Source: Pseudomonadota bacterium
GTDB lineage: Bacteria; Myxococcota_A; UBA9042; GCA-2863065
DNA: 64,000 nt
Assembly: GCA_005776585.1 (NCBI GenBank)
Contig: SXOX01000044.1
Location: 22,418 to 86,417, forward strand
Direction: 5' to 3'
Positions 13,001 through 19,326 of the stretch are shown piece after piece. How positions within the stretch are numbered: the first letter of the stretch is position 1; every line of letters starts with the position of its first letter. Under the pieces are notes generated by a model that worked only from the letters and a program-made list of their open reading frames with translations, ran no database searches and was not told where the DNA came from. The translations under genes and the position numbers were made by a program.

Positions 13001-14400
13001 CGTGGCTCTACGACGTGACGGCGCCGGCCGTGCCGTTCTGCGCCAACGAGCCCAACGGGAGCACGAGCGAACAGTGCACGCTCTGGCACAAGCAGAACGG
13101 CTGCGCCATCGACTCGTATTGCTACAGCGGCTATCGCTTCATCTGCGAGGCGCCCACAACCACCGCGTGCACGGTCAACTGGCAGTTCTCGGACGCGGCC
13201 TACGGGCCGAACAAGAACTTCCCGAACACCGGCTTCGATACGTGGGACGTGGAGGTCGTCGACATCGATCAGGACGGCTGGGAGGACGTGTTCATGACGA
13301 ACCGGGGTCAGAGCAATCGCATCTATCGCAATATCGGTGGCAACTTCGTCGCCGACGACGGGACGCGCTTCCCACAGACCGAGGACAACATGGCGGCGTT
13401 CCGGACCGAGGTCACCGACGTCGATCAAGACGGCGACAAAGACCTCATCATCCAAAAGGACATCGGCAGCGGCAACTCGTGGGTCGATGTGTACTTCAAC
13501 GACCGCGCGCAGGGCGGCCAAGGCGCCTTCGTGGCCGGCTCGCTCACCAACATCCCGACGCGACGCACCGAGGACAGCCTTTACTTCGGCGTGGGCGATC
13601 TCAACGCCGATGCGCTGCCGGATATCTACGTGGTCAACGGCAACAGCCAGGACTGGCTCTGGCTCAATCACGGCTTCAAAGAGGACGTGGCGATCATCGA
13701 CCAGAATCGCGTGCCCATCGGCGCGTTTGCGAACAACACCATCCTCGGGACGCCCGAAGACGCGTGGACGACCTACTCCGCGGCGGTGGGCGACATCGAT
13801 GGGGACCAGGATCTCGACATCGTGCTCGGCAACGCGGGCGGACAGCGCCCCCGGCTGTGGGTCAACGACGGCGCGGGCAACTTCTTCGACCAGACCGGGA
13901 CGCGCCTACCGGACGTCAAGTACGGGCTGCGCGGCCTAGAGCTCGTCGACCTGAATGGCGATGGAGATCTCGACCTCGTCGGTGTCGCCACGCCCGAGGC
14001 CAACCAGCCCGGCGGCGTGCGTCTGTTCGCCAACAACGGCCAAGGCTTTTTCGTCGAGCGCACGACGCCGAATGTGCTCAACAACCCCACGGGCACCGGC
14101 TGGCGGGGGCTGTGCGTCGGCGACGTCGACCAGGACGGGGACTCGGACTTCGTCATCGTCGGCTCGTACTACACGCAGGACGCGGCCTATCTCGTGACGA
14201 ACGGACAGGACGCGTTCAATACGGATATGTCCACGCTGTTCATCTCGCCGATCATGCCCTACCAGAACGGCAACTACAGCACGGTCACTTCGTGCACGCT
14301 GACCGACATGAACGGCGACGGGTGGCCCGACCTGTACCTGGGCATCGACGGTCAGCAGAATCGCCTGTACTTCAACGACACCCACGCCGTGTTCGTCTAG
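4048..14400 (+). CDS. Giant (~3450 aa) cell-surface lipoprotein: ~29 tandem IPT/TIG domains, FG-GAP beta-propeller repeats and an embedded C-type lectin-like domain; terminated by an in-frame TAG
   Basis: Start ATG at 4048 with GGAGG 7 nt upstream. The lipoprotein signal MSGHPSRVALFCTTLALAALSAC carries a lipobox. About 29 repeats of ~90 aa each contain GPxxGGTxVTIxGxGF (LLPSQGPTEGGSVIVVEGAGF through IEPKRGPTKGGYFTTVFGQGF), the IPT/TIG signature. From ~12.1 kb onward there are FG-GAP-type DxDxDGxxD repeats (FDANGDALPDVMIM, IDIDKDGDLDVLYW, ADVDHDGDMDLVIAN, VDLNGDGDLDLVG...). At 12795-13150 the sequence CTMTDRDGHRYAFC...WLGGSD...EGTWAWL...FCANEPNGSTSEQCTLWHKQNGC...YRFICE shows C-type lectin hallmarks (WIGL-like, EPN, WxD-like, FICE). 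Stop TAG at 14398-14400. Confidence 0.85.
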   Translation: MSGHPSRVALFCTTLALAALSACSKDDGLGTVGGNQPTQDSAGGQDTVTAVDPGPPAPETHATGLAPVLYRLLPSQGPTEGGSVIVVEGAGFYPTARVRFGTAEATVVTVYDPGHIVVKTPASVAGVMDVTVENPDGGKTTFAGGFTYWLKQPNAATEGPRLVQVTPNSGPAVGGTAAALIGTTFTEGAVVLFNWRLVPQARVISATQAAFVTLPAPAGSVDVVLTNPDGQSSILTNAFAATGGQELEPPPHIGAVSPASGPVGGGTAVTITGDGLRPGSIALLDGALVTDWKVISGTEARFTTPKHAPGVAPLWVSNADGQSAFANKAFLFFDAPPTVYHVTPDLGPSAGGTVVTISGARFAQGATVSLGGKPCAALTVVDAAQLTCTTPAGTTNTSVDLLLTNPDGLVAQLPAAFRYEDPIAPPPLTLTGAIPMQGPAEGGILVYLQGTGFTDALEVRFGDTVATPVWVPGAVGLVATLPPGAPGQVKVGVRAKQTLGPWVELPSPFTYVAKPTVQKLLDLESVQPPSGPTAGGGLVLLRGAAFPPDLAVWFGPTKAATVHVLSTTLATVRVPAGKAGVVDVTVADTTGASAALKSGYLYATPDPAQAPKLTKLVPPSGPAAGGTLALLQGSGLVQGGLAFLDATPLEHVTLVGPSAASLRSTPHAAGTVDVTWVNPDGQWAALSGAFTYVSGALGTVTVSGITPLQGSTLGGTAISVTGSGFTPGSLLFLGGIPHDVTGNGSTALTSATQPHAAGAVDVAVTSPSGVTAVLASGYTYALEPPIVHETLPSHGAAAGGNTVTVLGSGFANGAGVAFGALPCLGVVVTSPAELSCQAPAGTPGASVAVTVSNPSGLVGTLPSAYTYDVPAGAPVVLTVSPTSGPTTGELLVLITGQSFQPGASVTFGAVASPDVHVPSSDAIVAALPPAPEGTVSVTVKNPDGKASTLPSAFTYVVASTGGGPAQSASLAVVTPPAGPVAGGGHVILRGYGFVEGMQASFGKTVSPKVVLVDPGTAIATVPAAAGPGAVDVSLVLPSGATAKLASAYAYVAGVGSAPALTAIKPPIGPTIGGTLALVTGQNLDSGALVFIDGVPATAVRRSSSALGTFKTPANDAGPADVEWVNPDGFWAKLEGAFIYTTGGKASTTVTAVVPVQGSVAGGTVLSVSGTGFAPGSLLFLDGEPIDAKVLSSKTLTATTPPHAAGLVDLSVTPPDGWTATLPGAFNFVVEQPFLAAVTPSLGLVAGGTTVTLVGQGFHPSAQVTWAGGTVAATWLDGGHLTLSVPAHDVGTVAVTVTNPDGLSDTLEGAYTYVLSLPGSEIGLTGVAPAFVPTSGGTWVAVTGKSFGVDTVALFGNAVATSATLVDAGTLLVAAPAQASPGPVDLSVVATSGATAKLPKAVVYYDAASLGPWPVVSSMFPVLGPTEGGTVAAIAVAPARADAAVWVGDTQATVLGTDGTDTLVVKMPPASAVGTRSVTVVFPEGKAGAVSGGFTYYVKKPTQVAPTLASIAPTGGKTSGGQAVALKGQAFANAARGFIGYRPLVEPKWTSALQLDGKAPTGTVGLADVAVTNPDGLTAVLPAGFAFSAPKPNVNLVFPSVGSVKGGLSVVVSGEDLHAQATLTFGGKAGTNVVVFSPQLMTATLPATATAGPVDVTVTNPGPLAGTLAGGFTYTDKTFTAPAPDVMALVPAQGPYAGGTVLALYGASFQPGAQVLFGGKPATVHRVEGGFAVVTSPSGFIGAVDVTLLNPDGQADTLPAGFSYLTPAAKTPKLFGITPSAGPEAGGTPSILTGDAFTGGGLGFVGYRPLSSWTVLNGAIATGTIDTLEPGAHDVVETNGDGQSATLKGGFSSVGAPVIDGIEPAYGPTSGGTLVTLAGKNFATGLKLTFGGVPAQAVQVLSPFVVKCQTPPGTAGPAQVKIVNPDAQLTVAASPFVYLAPPEITGTFPKRGPATGGTPVIISGNGLLTTSQVLFGSKPATKLSWLSQGGTQTGSSAGDTVKALVATAPPGTIGAKVDLTVTNPDGQSAIAYAAFEYVDPATLGPAPTLGALLPPTGPTTGGTWGLASGTNLAPGSQLVLGTALAETHVLAATQLRFVSGATSAAGPVDVWIVQPDGQSALLPDGFTYTLLSTLGPAPAIAEVDPERGPTKGGTHVTVSGNGLTAQALVFFGTTPAPAVALQGAALDATTPPHGPGTVTVTVTANDGQTVHAPDAYTFVPPPVLTGIAPVAGPAAGGTYVTLTGQDFAKTPVIYFCDDWSQNDACAPCDAVVFTSKTTVSCTTPAHTAGDTQVVLKNPDGQVSILESGFLFRPPPTITALVPPTGSTLGATKVTVYGKDFQPGATVTIGGTAALDVTVLDSETLTLTTPPGTAGPAVVVLKNPDGGLKTLAGGFVYVPPPIVTNVFPNLGPEPGGTVITIQGTGFVPGAASAVSKVQIGQNLVDAAKVNVISSLLIQAETPPGVGPAAVKVINPDGQTGVLAGAFTYVPLVPAPEVKTVTPPYGPTSGGYIVKLTGNHFLDGAEVAFGKGDTWSVSYDVSVKNNGTLIVCTAPAHPAGKVDVRVTNTDGQSHALTLAFEYTEPQGLPGLAFAGIEPKRGPTKGGYFTTVFGQGFKQGMKVYVGSSKTSTWTEALDVIRLGPTLLRVKMPQMPKGPVDVRLSNPALGGVADEVIGAVAFTYGQGVVMTPKGHLLPIDVTQNDRQPVIFDANGDALPDVMIMHHNQKPDLFINTRDAQGNAGVFVDQTATNIQSDIPTNCWEMNFARPIDIDKDGDLDVLYWSGYCYYDLKVWRNNGNGIFKVESVSTSYYGVQDVTVADFNCDGLVDVFLSRWSDQLKVLLINDGTGYFREPSYSMPFNYDSILPAHKEPTRAAAAADVDHDGDMDLVIANDQATQDRLYYNNCNNITLPPQCVYNVPNCTMTDRDGHRYAFCSEGKSWYDADTHCKRYGMRLATVNDADEGAFLKASMGDHSWLGGSDAAKEGTWAWLYDVTAPAVPFCANEPNGSTSEQCTLWHKQNGCAIDSYCYSGYRFICEAPTTTACTVNWQFSDAAYGPNKNFPNTGFDTWDVEVVDIDQDGWEDVFMTNRGQSNRIYRNIGGNFVADDGTRFPQTEDNMAAFRTEVTDVDQDGDKDLIIQKDIGSGNSWVDVYFNDRAQGGQGAFVAGSLTNIPTRRTEDSLYFGVGDLNADALPDIYVVNGNSQDWLWLNHGFKEDVAIIDQNRVPIGAFANNTILGTPEDAWTTYSAAVGDIDGDQDLDIVLGNAGGQRPRLWVNDGAGNFFDQTGTRLPDVKYGLRGLELVDLNGDGDLDLVGVATPEANQPGGVRLFANNGQGFFVERTTPNVLNNPTGTGWRGLCVGDVDQDGDSDFVIVGSYYTQDAAYLVTNGQDAFNTDMSTLFISPIMPYQNGNYSTVTSCTLTDMNGDGWPDLYLGIDGQQNRLYFNDTHAVFV
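4249..12085 (+). repeat. Diverged tandem coding repeat array (period ~260-280 bp) encoding the ~29 IPT/TIG domains of the giant lipoprotein
   Basis: The recurrent motif G-P-x-x-G-G-T recurs at ~90-aa spacing throughout the translated ORF. The repeats are diverged at the DNA level. Confidence 0.7.
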
Positions 14401-14844
14401 AAGACGCAGTCGCACCTCTCGGCCGTCTCAGACTCGTCGCGCGACGTCACCGTGCTCGACCTTGACCTGGACAACGACAAGGACATCTTCGTCACCAACA
14501 GCGGCGACGATCGCCTGCACCTCTCCGAGCTCAACTACAAGCTCGGCGACGTCACGGCCTCCAACCTGCCGACCGGCATGAACACCGACTCGACGGGCTC
14601 GATTGTCACCGACCTCGATGGCGACGGCCTGCCCGACATCCTGACGGTGAACTGGGGTCAGCAGAACAGCCTCCTGCTCAACGCCGGCGCGGCCTTCTTC
14701 GACAACTTCACCGACCAGCTCCCGAGAGACACGGACTACAACTACGGCGTGGCCATGGGCGACTTCGATCTCGACGGCGACACGGACGTGTTCACGTTCG
14801 GCACGAGCGTCGATCGCATCTACCTCAACGACACGCCGAAGTAG
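14401..14844 (+). other. In-frame continuation of the giant lipoprotein downstream of the TAG (FG-GAP repeats continue); pseudogenised tail, readthrough extension or sequencing error
   Basis: Same reading frame as 4048-14400 (3757 and 14452 are congruent mod 3). The translation across the stop is ...LTDMNGDGWPDLYLGIDGQQNRLYFNDTHAVFV*KTQSHLSAVSDSSRDVTVLDLDLDNDKDIFVTNSGDDRLHLSE...TDLDGDGLPDILTVNWGQQNSLLLN...GDFDLDGDTDVFTFGTSVDRIYLNDTPK. FG-GAP periodicity is uninterrupted except for the single TAG. Confidence 0.6.
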
Positions 14845-14963
14845 CGAGGGGACGGTCCTGACATGTTGCGATCCGCCTTCCCTTCCCTTTCGAGCGCTCT
14901 TGTGGTAAGTAGCGAGGGGACGGTCCTGACATGTTGCGATCCGCCTTCCCTTCCCTTTCGAGC
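14839..14963. repeat. Perfect 57-bp direct repeat (14839-14895 and 14907-14963) separated by 11 bp
   Basis: The sequence aagtagcgaggggacggtcctgacatgttgcgatccgccttcccttccctttcgagc occurs twice identically. Copy 1 starts at the TAG stop of the FG-GAP tail ORF. Each copy carries a GAGGGGA ... ATG arrangement that looks like an SD plus start codon. Confidence 0.9.
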
Positions 14964-14986
14964 CCACCTGTGCTACTCCCGCGCGC

Positions 14987-15928
14987 ATGCTCAAGCAACT
15001 CACCCTACTCACCTTCATTCTCACGCTCGGTGCCTGCGCCGCGGAGGTCGAGGACCTGACGACGGAGGACCTCGGCGAGATGGACCTGGCCGAAGACGGC
15101 AAGGACGACTCCACGGCCAAGTCCTTCAAGCTCGCGGCCGGCAAGACGACCAAGCTGGCCTTCAAGGCCACGAGCACGCCGGTCGTGCTCACCATCAATT
15201 GTGGGCCGCCGTCGGATCCGGACGCGATTGGTCCGGTCTTCGCGCTGGATGCACCCACGCTTGGCGCCTGGGCGGCCAAGTCCACCGAGCGCGCGGGCTA
15301 CTTCCGGTGGGCCGGCAAGCTCGCGGCGGGCACGCACGCGGTCAACGTCCTGGGGCGGATGGGCTCAGCGACCTGCAAGGTCAGCCTCACGAAGCAGGCC
15401 GCGTCGCAGAAGTGCCTCTCGCGCGCCGAGTGGCGCTCGTCGAACACGAACCACGAGCACATCCGCGTCGGCGAGGACGCGTCGTTCGACTGGGAGGAGT
15501 TCCCTGCGTCGGGCAGCCACTGGGGCGCGTGGCCCATGTGGAACCGCATCTACGAGAAGCCGGTCAAGACCGGGTTCCTGTTGCACGGCCTGGAGCATGG
15601 CGGTCTGGCCGTGAGCTCCAAGTCGGAGACCAAGGCCGAGCTCGACGCGGTCACGGCACTCGTGACGAGCTTCCAGAAGGCCACGCCGGACGCGACGCGC
15701 CTGTTCGTCACGCCCGATCCCAAGCAGCCGGCCGCCTATGCCATCCGCGGGTGGCGGTGGGCCTACGTGGCCGACTGCGTCGACGAGAAGAGCGCGCTCA
15801 GCTTCATGACGGCGCACTTCCGGCACGGGCGCGAGGACATCGACGCCGATCCGCCCATCCCGTTCGATCCCACGACCACGACGGTGCCGTGCGAGAACCT
15901 CATGGCGGCGCCGGACTCGTGTAACTAG
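14987..15928 (+). CDS. DUF3105-like lipoprotein
   Basis: Lipoprotein signal MLKQLTLLTFILTLGACAA. The C-terminal half contains HWGAWPMWNRIYEKPVKTGFLLHGLEHGGLAV, an HxLEHG motif typical of DUF3105. Diverse composition. The overlapping ORF 14863-15924 in another frame is Arg/Gly-rich and was rejected. Confidence 0.65.
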   Translation: MLKQLTLLTFILTLGACAAEVEDLTTEDLGEMDLAEDGKDDSTAKSFKLAAGKTTKLAFKATSTPVVLTINCGPPSDPDAIGPVFALDAPTLGAWAAKSTERAGYFRWAGKLAAGTHAVNVLGRMGSATCKVSLTKQAASQKCLSRAEWRSSNTNHEHIRVGEDASFDWEEFPASGSHWGAWPMWNRIYEKPVKTGFLLHGLEHGGLAVSSKSETKAELDAVTALVTSFQKATPDATRLFVTPDPKQPAAYAIRGWRWAYVADCVDEKSALSFMTAHFRHGREDIDADPPIPFDPTTTTVPCENLMAAPDSCN

Positions 15929-17288
15929 CGATCATGCGAGCGATCGTGGCCTGGTTGTGCCGGGCCTTCCAGCGCACTCCAGCTGCGATGAGATCCCGAA
16001 CGGCGTCGGAGTAGCGAAAGAAGTCCTGGTCCAGCGTCGGATCGATCTCCAGCAGGCGCTGCACCTCGTCTTGCGGCTGCGTGAACGGGTTGGGCTCCTC
16101 GGGCACGCGCGCGACGTCGAGCCACCAGCCGGTGAAGCCGTAGTGCGCGTGCCACCGGTCGTAGATGGTCGTCCCCGGAAACGGCACGAGGACCCCGCGG
16201 TTGTTGTAGTAGTCGACCCAGGGCGCGAGGTCCGCCATGAGGTCCATCGTGCGTTGGAGGCTGTCAGGTCCCTCTTCGGGAAAGCCGAACATGATGTTGA
16301 CGACCGTGGTCATGCCGGCCTGCTTGGCGGCTTGGACGGCCGCGCGCACGTGCTCGGGGCGTTGGCCCTTCTGGATGACCCGAAGGATGTCGAGGTCACC
16401 GGACTCGATCCCGAAGTTCACCGCGACGCACCCCGCCTTGCGCATGCGCTCGAGATCGAACGGCTTGACCATGTTCCCCGGGGTGATGCAGGTCCACGTC
16501 GCGTTCTTGAGCGACGGCTCGGCCAGGATGGCGTCGCACAGCGCGTTCTGGCGCGGCCGGAGCGCGGTGAAGGCGTCGTCCCAGAATGGAAAGTGCATCA
16601 CGCCGTATTGGTCGTGCAGCGCGCGCATCTCGGCGACGACGCTCGCGGCGCTGCGAAAGCGATACGCGCGGCCTGTCACGTAGTTCGCGCAGAAGGTGCA
16701 GCGCGCCGGACAGCCCCGGCTCGTGCAGAGGCCACCGGGGACGACCGTTCGGCCATCGGCCGAGTACCAGCTGGGGTCGTAGCAGCCATACGCGTGCAGC
16801 GGCCACGCGAGCCCGTCGAGGTCGGCGATGGCCTCGGCGCAGGTGCCCGCGTCGTCGCGCGTGCTGACGCCGGGCAGCGACGGCAACGGCCGACCCGACA
16901 TCAGGCCGTCCACGATGGCGGGCAGGACCAGCTCGCCCTCACCAGCGACGCTCACGTCGATGCCGTGCGCGAGCGGCTCCCCGGGGCACACGGTCGGATG
17001 CGGTCCGCCGGCGACAATCCACCGCGCGACCGGGCGCAGCTGGCGCGCCAGGGCGTAACCGCGCGCGGCGTTGTTGGTAAACAGCGTGAGGCCCATGACG
17101 TCGGGAGCGAAGGCCTCCGCGAAGGCGACGGCGCCGCGGTCGTCGAGCTCGAGCCGCGAGGCCGCCAGGTCGAGGCAGCGCACCTCATGGCCTCGCGCGA
17201 GCAGCGCCGCGGCGATGGCTTGCTGGCCGAGGTAAGGCGCTCCAAGCCGCTGCGGGAGCCGGGGCATGATGAGCAGGACACGAGCCAT
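15900..17288 (-). CDS. B12-binding domain / radical SAM domain protein (cobalamin-dependent radical SAM enzyme)
   Basis: Start MARVLLIMPRLPQRLGAPYLGQQAIAAALLARGHEVRCLDLAA, an N-terminal B12-binding-like fold. Radical SAM cysteine triad in CTSRGCPARCTFCANY (CxxxCxxC). ATG at 17288. The 215-aa N-terminal extension in the ORF track (to 17972) is Arg/Asp-rich junk and antisense to the HAD gene. Confidence 0.85.
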   Translation of the reverse strand: MARVLLIMPRLPQRLGAPYLGQQAIAAALLARGHEVRCLDLAASRLELDDRGAVAFAEAFAPDVMGLTLFTNNAARGYALARQLRPVARWIVAGGPHPTVCPGEPLAHGIDVSVAGEGELVLPAIVDGLMSGRPLPSLPGVSTRDDAGTCAEAIADLDGLAWPLHAYGCYDPSWYSADGRTVVPGGLCTSRGCPARCTFCANYVTGRAYRFRSAASVVAEMRALHDQYGVMHFPFWDDAFTALRPRQNALCDAILAEPSLKNATWTCITPGNMVKPFDLERMRKAGCVAVNFGIESGDLDILRVIQKGQRPEHVRAAVQAAKQAGMTTVVNIMFGFPEEGPDSLQRTMDLMADLAPWVDYYNNRGVLVPFPGTTIYDRWHAHYGFTGWWLDVARVPEEPNPFTQPQDEVQRLLEIDPTLDQDFFRYSDAVRDLIAAGVRWKARHNQATIARMIASYTSPAPP

Positions 17289-17366
17289 CGTGCGCGCTAG
17301 CCTACAGGAGCCGTAGAGCGCCTGCTCATCATTTTTCAACGGCGCCGTGCTACCGTCCCGGCCGTG

Positions 17367-18008
17367 ATGGACGCACCGACCTATCGTCGCTTTGCTCCGG
17401 GCGATCCCACCCCCCGCGTCGGGCTCGTCCTCTGGGATCTCGGCGGCGTCGTCGTGGACGTCGACCTCGACCGCGGCCGCGCGGAGCTGCTCCGGCGCAC
17501 GGGACGGGACGTCTTCGAGGCCGCCTTCTTCGATCCCGAGACGCGCCTCAAGGAGCGGCTCGACCGGGGCGAGCTCACCGCCGAGGCCGGGCTCAACGCG
17601 CTCCAAGAGCGGCTCGGCGTCGCGCCCGTGGACGCCATCGCGGCCTGGAACGCGGTGCTCACCGTGCGCCCCGAGGTCACGGCCCTCATTTTGGCCCTCG
17701 CAGTGCCGGTCGGCGTCATCTCGAACGCCGATCCCGTCCACGCCGCCTTTATTCGGGCGAACGCGGGGATCGACTCCGTGGTCCAGCACTGGACCTGGAG
17801 CTACGAACATCGCGCGATGAAGCCCGACGCCGCGCTGTTCGAGCGCGCGCTCGAGGTCCATGACGCGGCGCCGCCGGAGGTACTGCTCATCGACGATCGC
17901 GAGGACAACGTCGCCGCCGCGCTCGCGCTCGGAATGGACGCGGTGCGCTACACGACGCCCTCTGACCTGCACCTCGCGCTCCGGGCGCGGGGCCTGGCCC
18001 TGCCGTGA
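17367..18008 (+). CDS. HAD-superfamily hydrolase-like protein (subfamily IA-like; motif I reads DLGG instead of DxDG)
   Basis: VLWDLGGVVVDVD (motif I-like), VISNAD (motif II), MKPD (motif III Lys), LLIDDREDN (motif IV). ATG at 17367, preceded by GTG at 17364. Confidence 0.75.
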   Translation: MDAPTYRRFAPGDPTPRVGLVLWDLGGVVVDVDLDRGRAELLRRTGRDVFEAAFFDPETRLKERLDRGELTAEAGLNALQERLGVAPVDAIAAWNAVLTVRPEVTALILALAVPVGVISNADPVHAAFIRANAGIDSVVQHWTWSYEHRAMKPDAALFERALEVHDAAPPEVLLIDDREDNVAAALALGMDAVRYTTPSDLHLALRARGLALP

Positions 18009-18388
18009 CGCGCCGTCGCTGGCTGTCGTTCGCCATGCTGGCCCTCTGCGGCGGCGTGTTCGCCTGGTCGATGAAGGCGCGACCGCGCGAGGTGACCATC
18101 GTCTTTGTGCTCACGAGCCTGGAGATCTCCACCGACCACGGGCTGCTGCGCCACGAGAGCGTCTCCCGCCTGAGGTGCCGCGTCTTGAGAGAGGACGGCG
18201 AGGCCATCGCCACCATCGACGTGCCGCGACCGGGAGCGGTCTCCGCGCCGGCGCTGGTCACGCTGCCGAGCGGCGAGTACGCCCTGGAGGTGCGCCTCGA
18301 GCTCACCGACGGTCGCGGGGGCTCTCAGACACGGACCTTCCTGCGGCGCGCCAAGCTGGACGAAGACCGCGTCCAGGTGACGCTCTGA
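18005..18388 (+). CDS. Small hypothetical membrane-anchored protein, translationally coupled to the HAD gene
   Basis: ATGA overlap with the HAD stop. N-terminal hydrophobic helix MTRRRWLSFAMLALCGGVFAWS. No known motif. Confidence 0.45.
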   Translation: MTRRRWLSFAMLALCGGVFAWSMKARPREVTIVFVLTSLEISTDHGLLRHESVSRLRCRVLREDGEAIATIDVPRPGAVSAPALVTLPSGEYALEVRLELTDGRGGSQTRTFLRRAKLDEDRVQVTL

Positions 18389-18397
18389 GCGTCGCGC

Positions 18398-19249
18398 TCA
18401 GCCCTTGACCCCGCCTGCCGTGAGCCCGCCGACGAGGTAGCGCTCCAGGCGATAGAAGAGCGCCATGACGGGGATGGAGACGATGACCGAGGCCGCCGCG
18501 AAGCTGCCCCAGAGCGTGGACTTCGGGTCCGCGTACCGCTGGATGGTGACCGGCAGCGTGTAGGCGAGCGGCTCGTCGTTGAAGGTGAACGCCAGTACGA
18601 ACTCGTTCCACGCGGTCATGAACGAGAAGAGCGCCGTCACCGCGATCGCCGGCGCCGCGAGCGGCAGGACAATCTTCCAGAAGATGGTGAACCGGCTGGC
18701 GCCGTCGATGAGCGCGGACTCCTCGAGCTCCTTGGGAATGGTATCGAAGTAGCCCTTGAGCATCCAGACGCAGAACGGGATGGCGGTCGTGGCGTAGACC
18801 AGGACGAGCCCCAGCATGGAGTCGAGCAGGTTCAAGCGATTGAGCAGCACGTAGAGCGGGATGAGCGTCAGCACGCCGGGGAACATCTGCGTCACCAGAA
18901 ACATCGTCATGCTGGTCCGCCGTCCGTAGAAGCGGAAGCGGCTCATGGCGTAGGCGGCCGTGGTCGCGAGGGCCACGCCCACGATCGTCGTTGCGCCGCT
19001 CACGATCAGGCTGTTCCAGAGCTGCGGTCCAAAGAGCCACGCGCCGTCGTCGGTGCGGTTGCCGAGCACGTCGCGGAAATGCGCCAACGTCCACTCACCC
19101 GAGAGCGGGTTCATCTTCGTCTGAAAGCCTTGCCCCGGCGCGAGCGCCTTGCGGAGCACAAGCAGGACGGGCCAGAGCACGAGCGCGGTGACCGGCAGGA
19201 GCACGAGGTGCGGCCACGCGGAGGACCAGTGACGGCGAAGCCCGGACAT
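18398..19249 (-). CDS. ABC transporter permease (sugar-type, MalG/UgpE-like inner membrane component)
   Basis: Six TM-like segments and the EAA loop ...EESALIDGASRFTIFWKIVLPLAAPA. ATG at 19249. The track's N-terminal extension to 19513 is Pro/Arg-rich and was rejected. No partner permease, ATPase or binding-protein gene is adjacent. Confidence 0.8.
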   Translation of the reverse strand: MSGLRRHWSSAWPHLVLLPVTALVLWPVLLVLRKALAPGQGFQTKMNPLSGEWTLAHFRDVLGNRTDDGAWLFGPQLWNSLIVSGATTIVGVALATTAAYAMSRFRFYGRRTSMTMFLVTQMFPGVLTLIPLYVLLNRLNLLDSMLGLVLVYATTAIPFCVWMLKGYFDTIPKELEESALIDGASRFTIFWKIVLPLAAPAIAVTALFSFMTAWNEFVLAFTFNDEPLAYTLPVTIQRYADPKSTLWGSFAAASVIVSIPVMALFYRLERYLVGGLTAGGVKG

Positions 19250-19326
19250 CCCTGCGAGCCTAGCAAGCCGACACGCCGGCGTCACCTCAGTTGCGTCGCG
19301 CGCCGTCCACAGGTTGAATCGCCGCG

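Noticed and set aside
4051-13671. Very long antisense or alternate-frame ORFs over the giant lipoprotein gene (4051-6795 minus 914 aa; 5454-7391 plus 645 aa; 6955-10308 minus 1117 aa; 8688-10817 plus 709 aa; 10585-13671 minus 1028 aa)
   Set aside because: Their translations are dominated by Arg/Gly/Asp/Ala runs with no motifs. They are fully embedded in, or antisense to, a gene with clear domain periodicity, which is the typical GC-rich open-frame artefact.
14863-15924. 353-aa ORF starting inside the 57-bp repeat and spanning the DUF3105 gene in another frame
   Set aside because: Arg/Gly/His-rich translation with no domain. The frame-2 ORF 14987-15928 has a lipoprotein signal and an HxLEHG motif instead.
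17289-17972. N-terminal 228-codon extension of the radical SAM ORF (track start 17972)
   Set aside because: The extension is Arg/Asp/Gly-rich and antisense to the HAD gene. The B12-binding domain begins cleanly at MARVLLIMPRL (ATG 17288).
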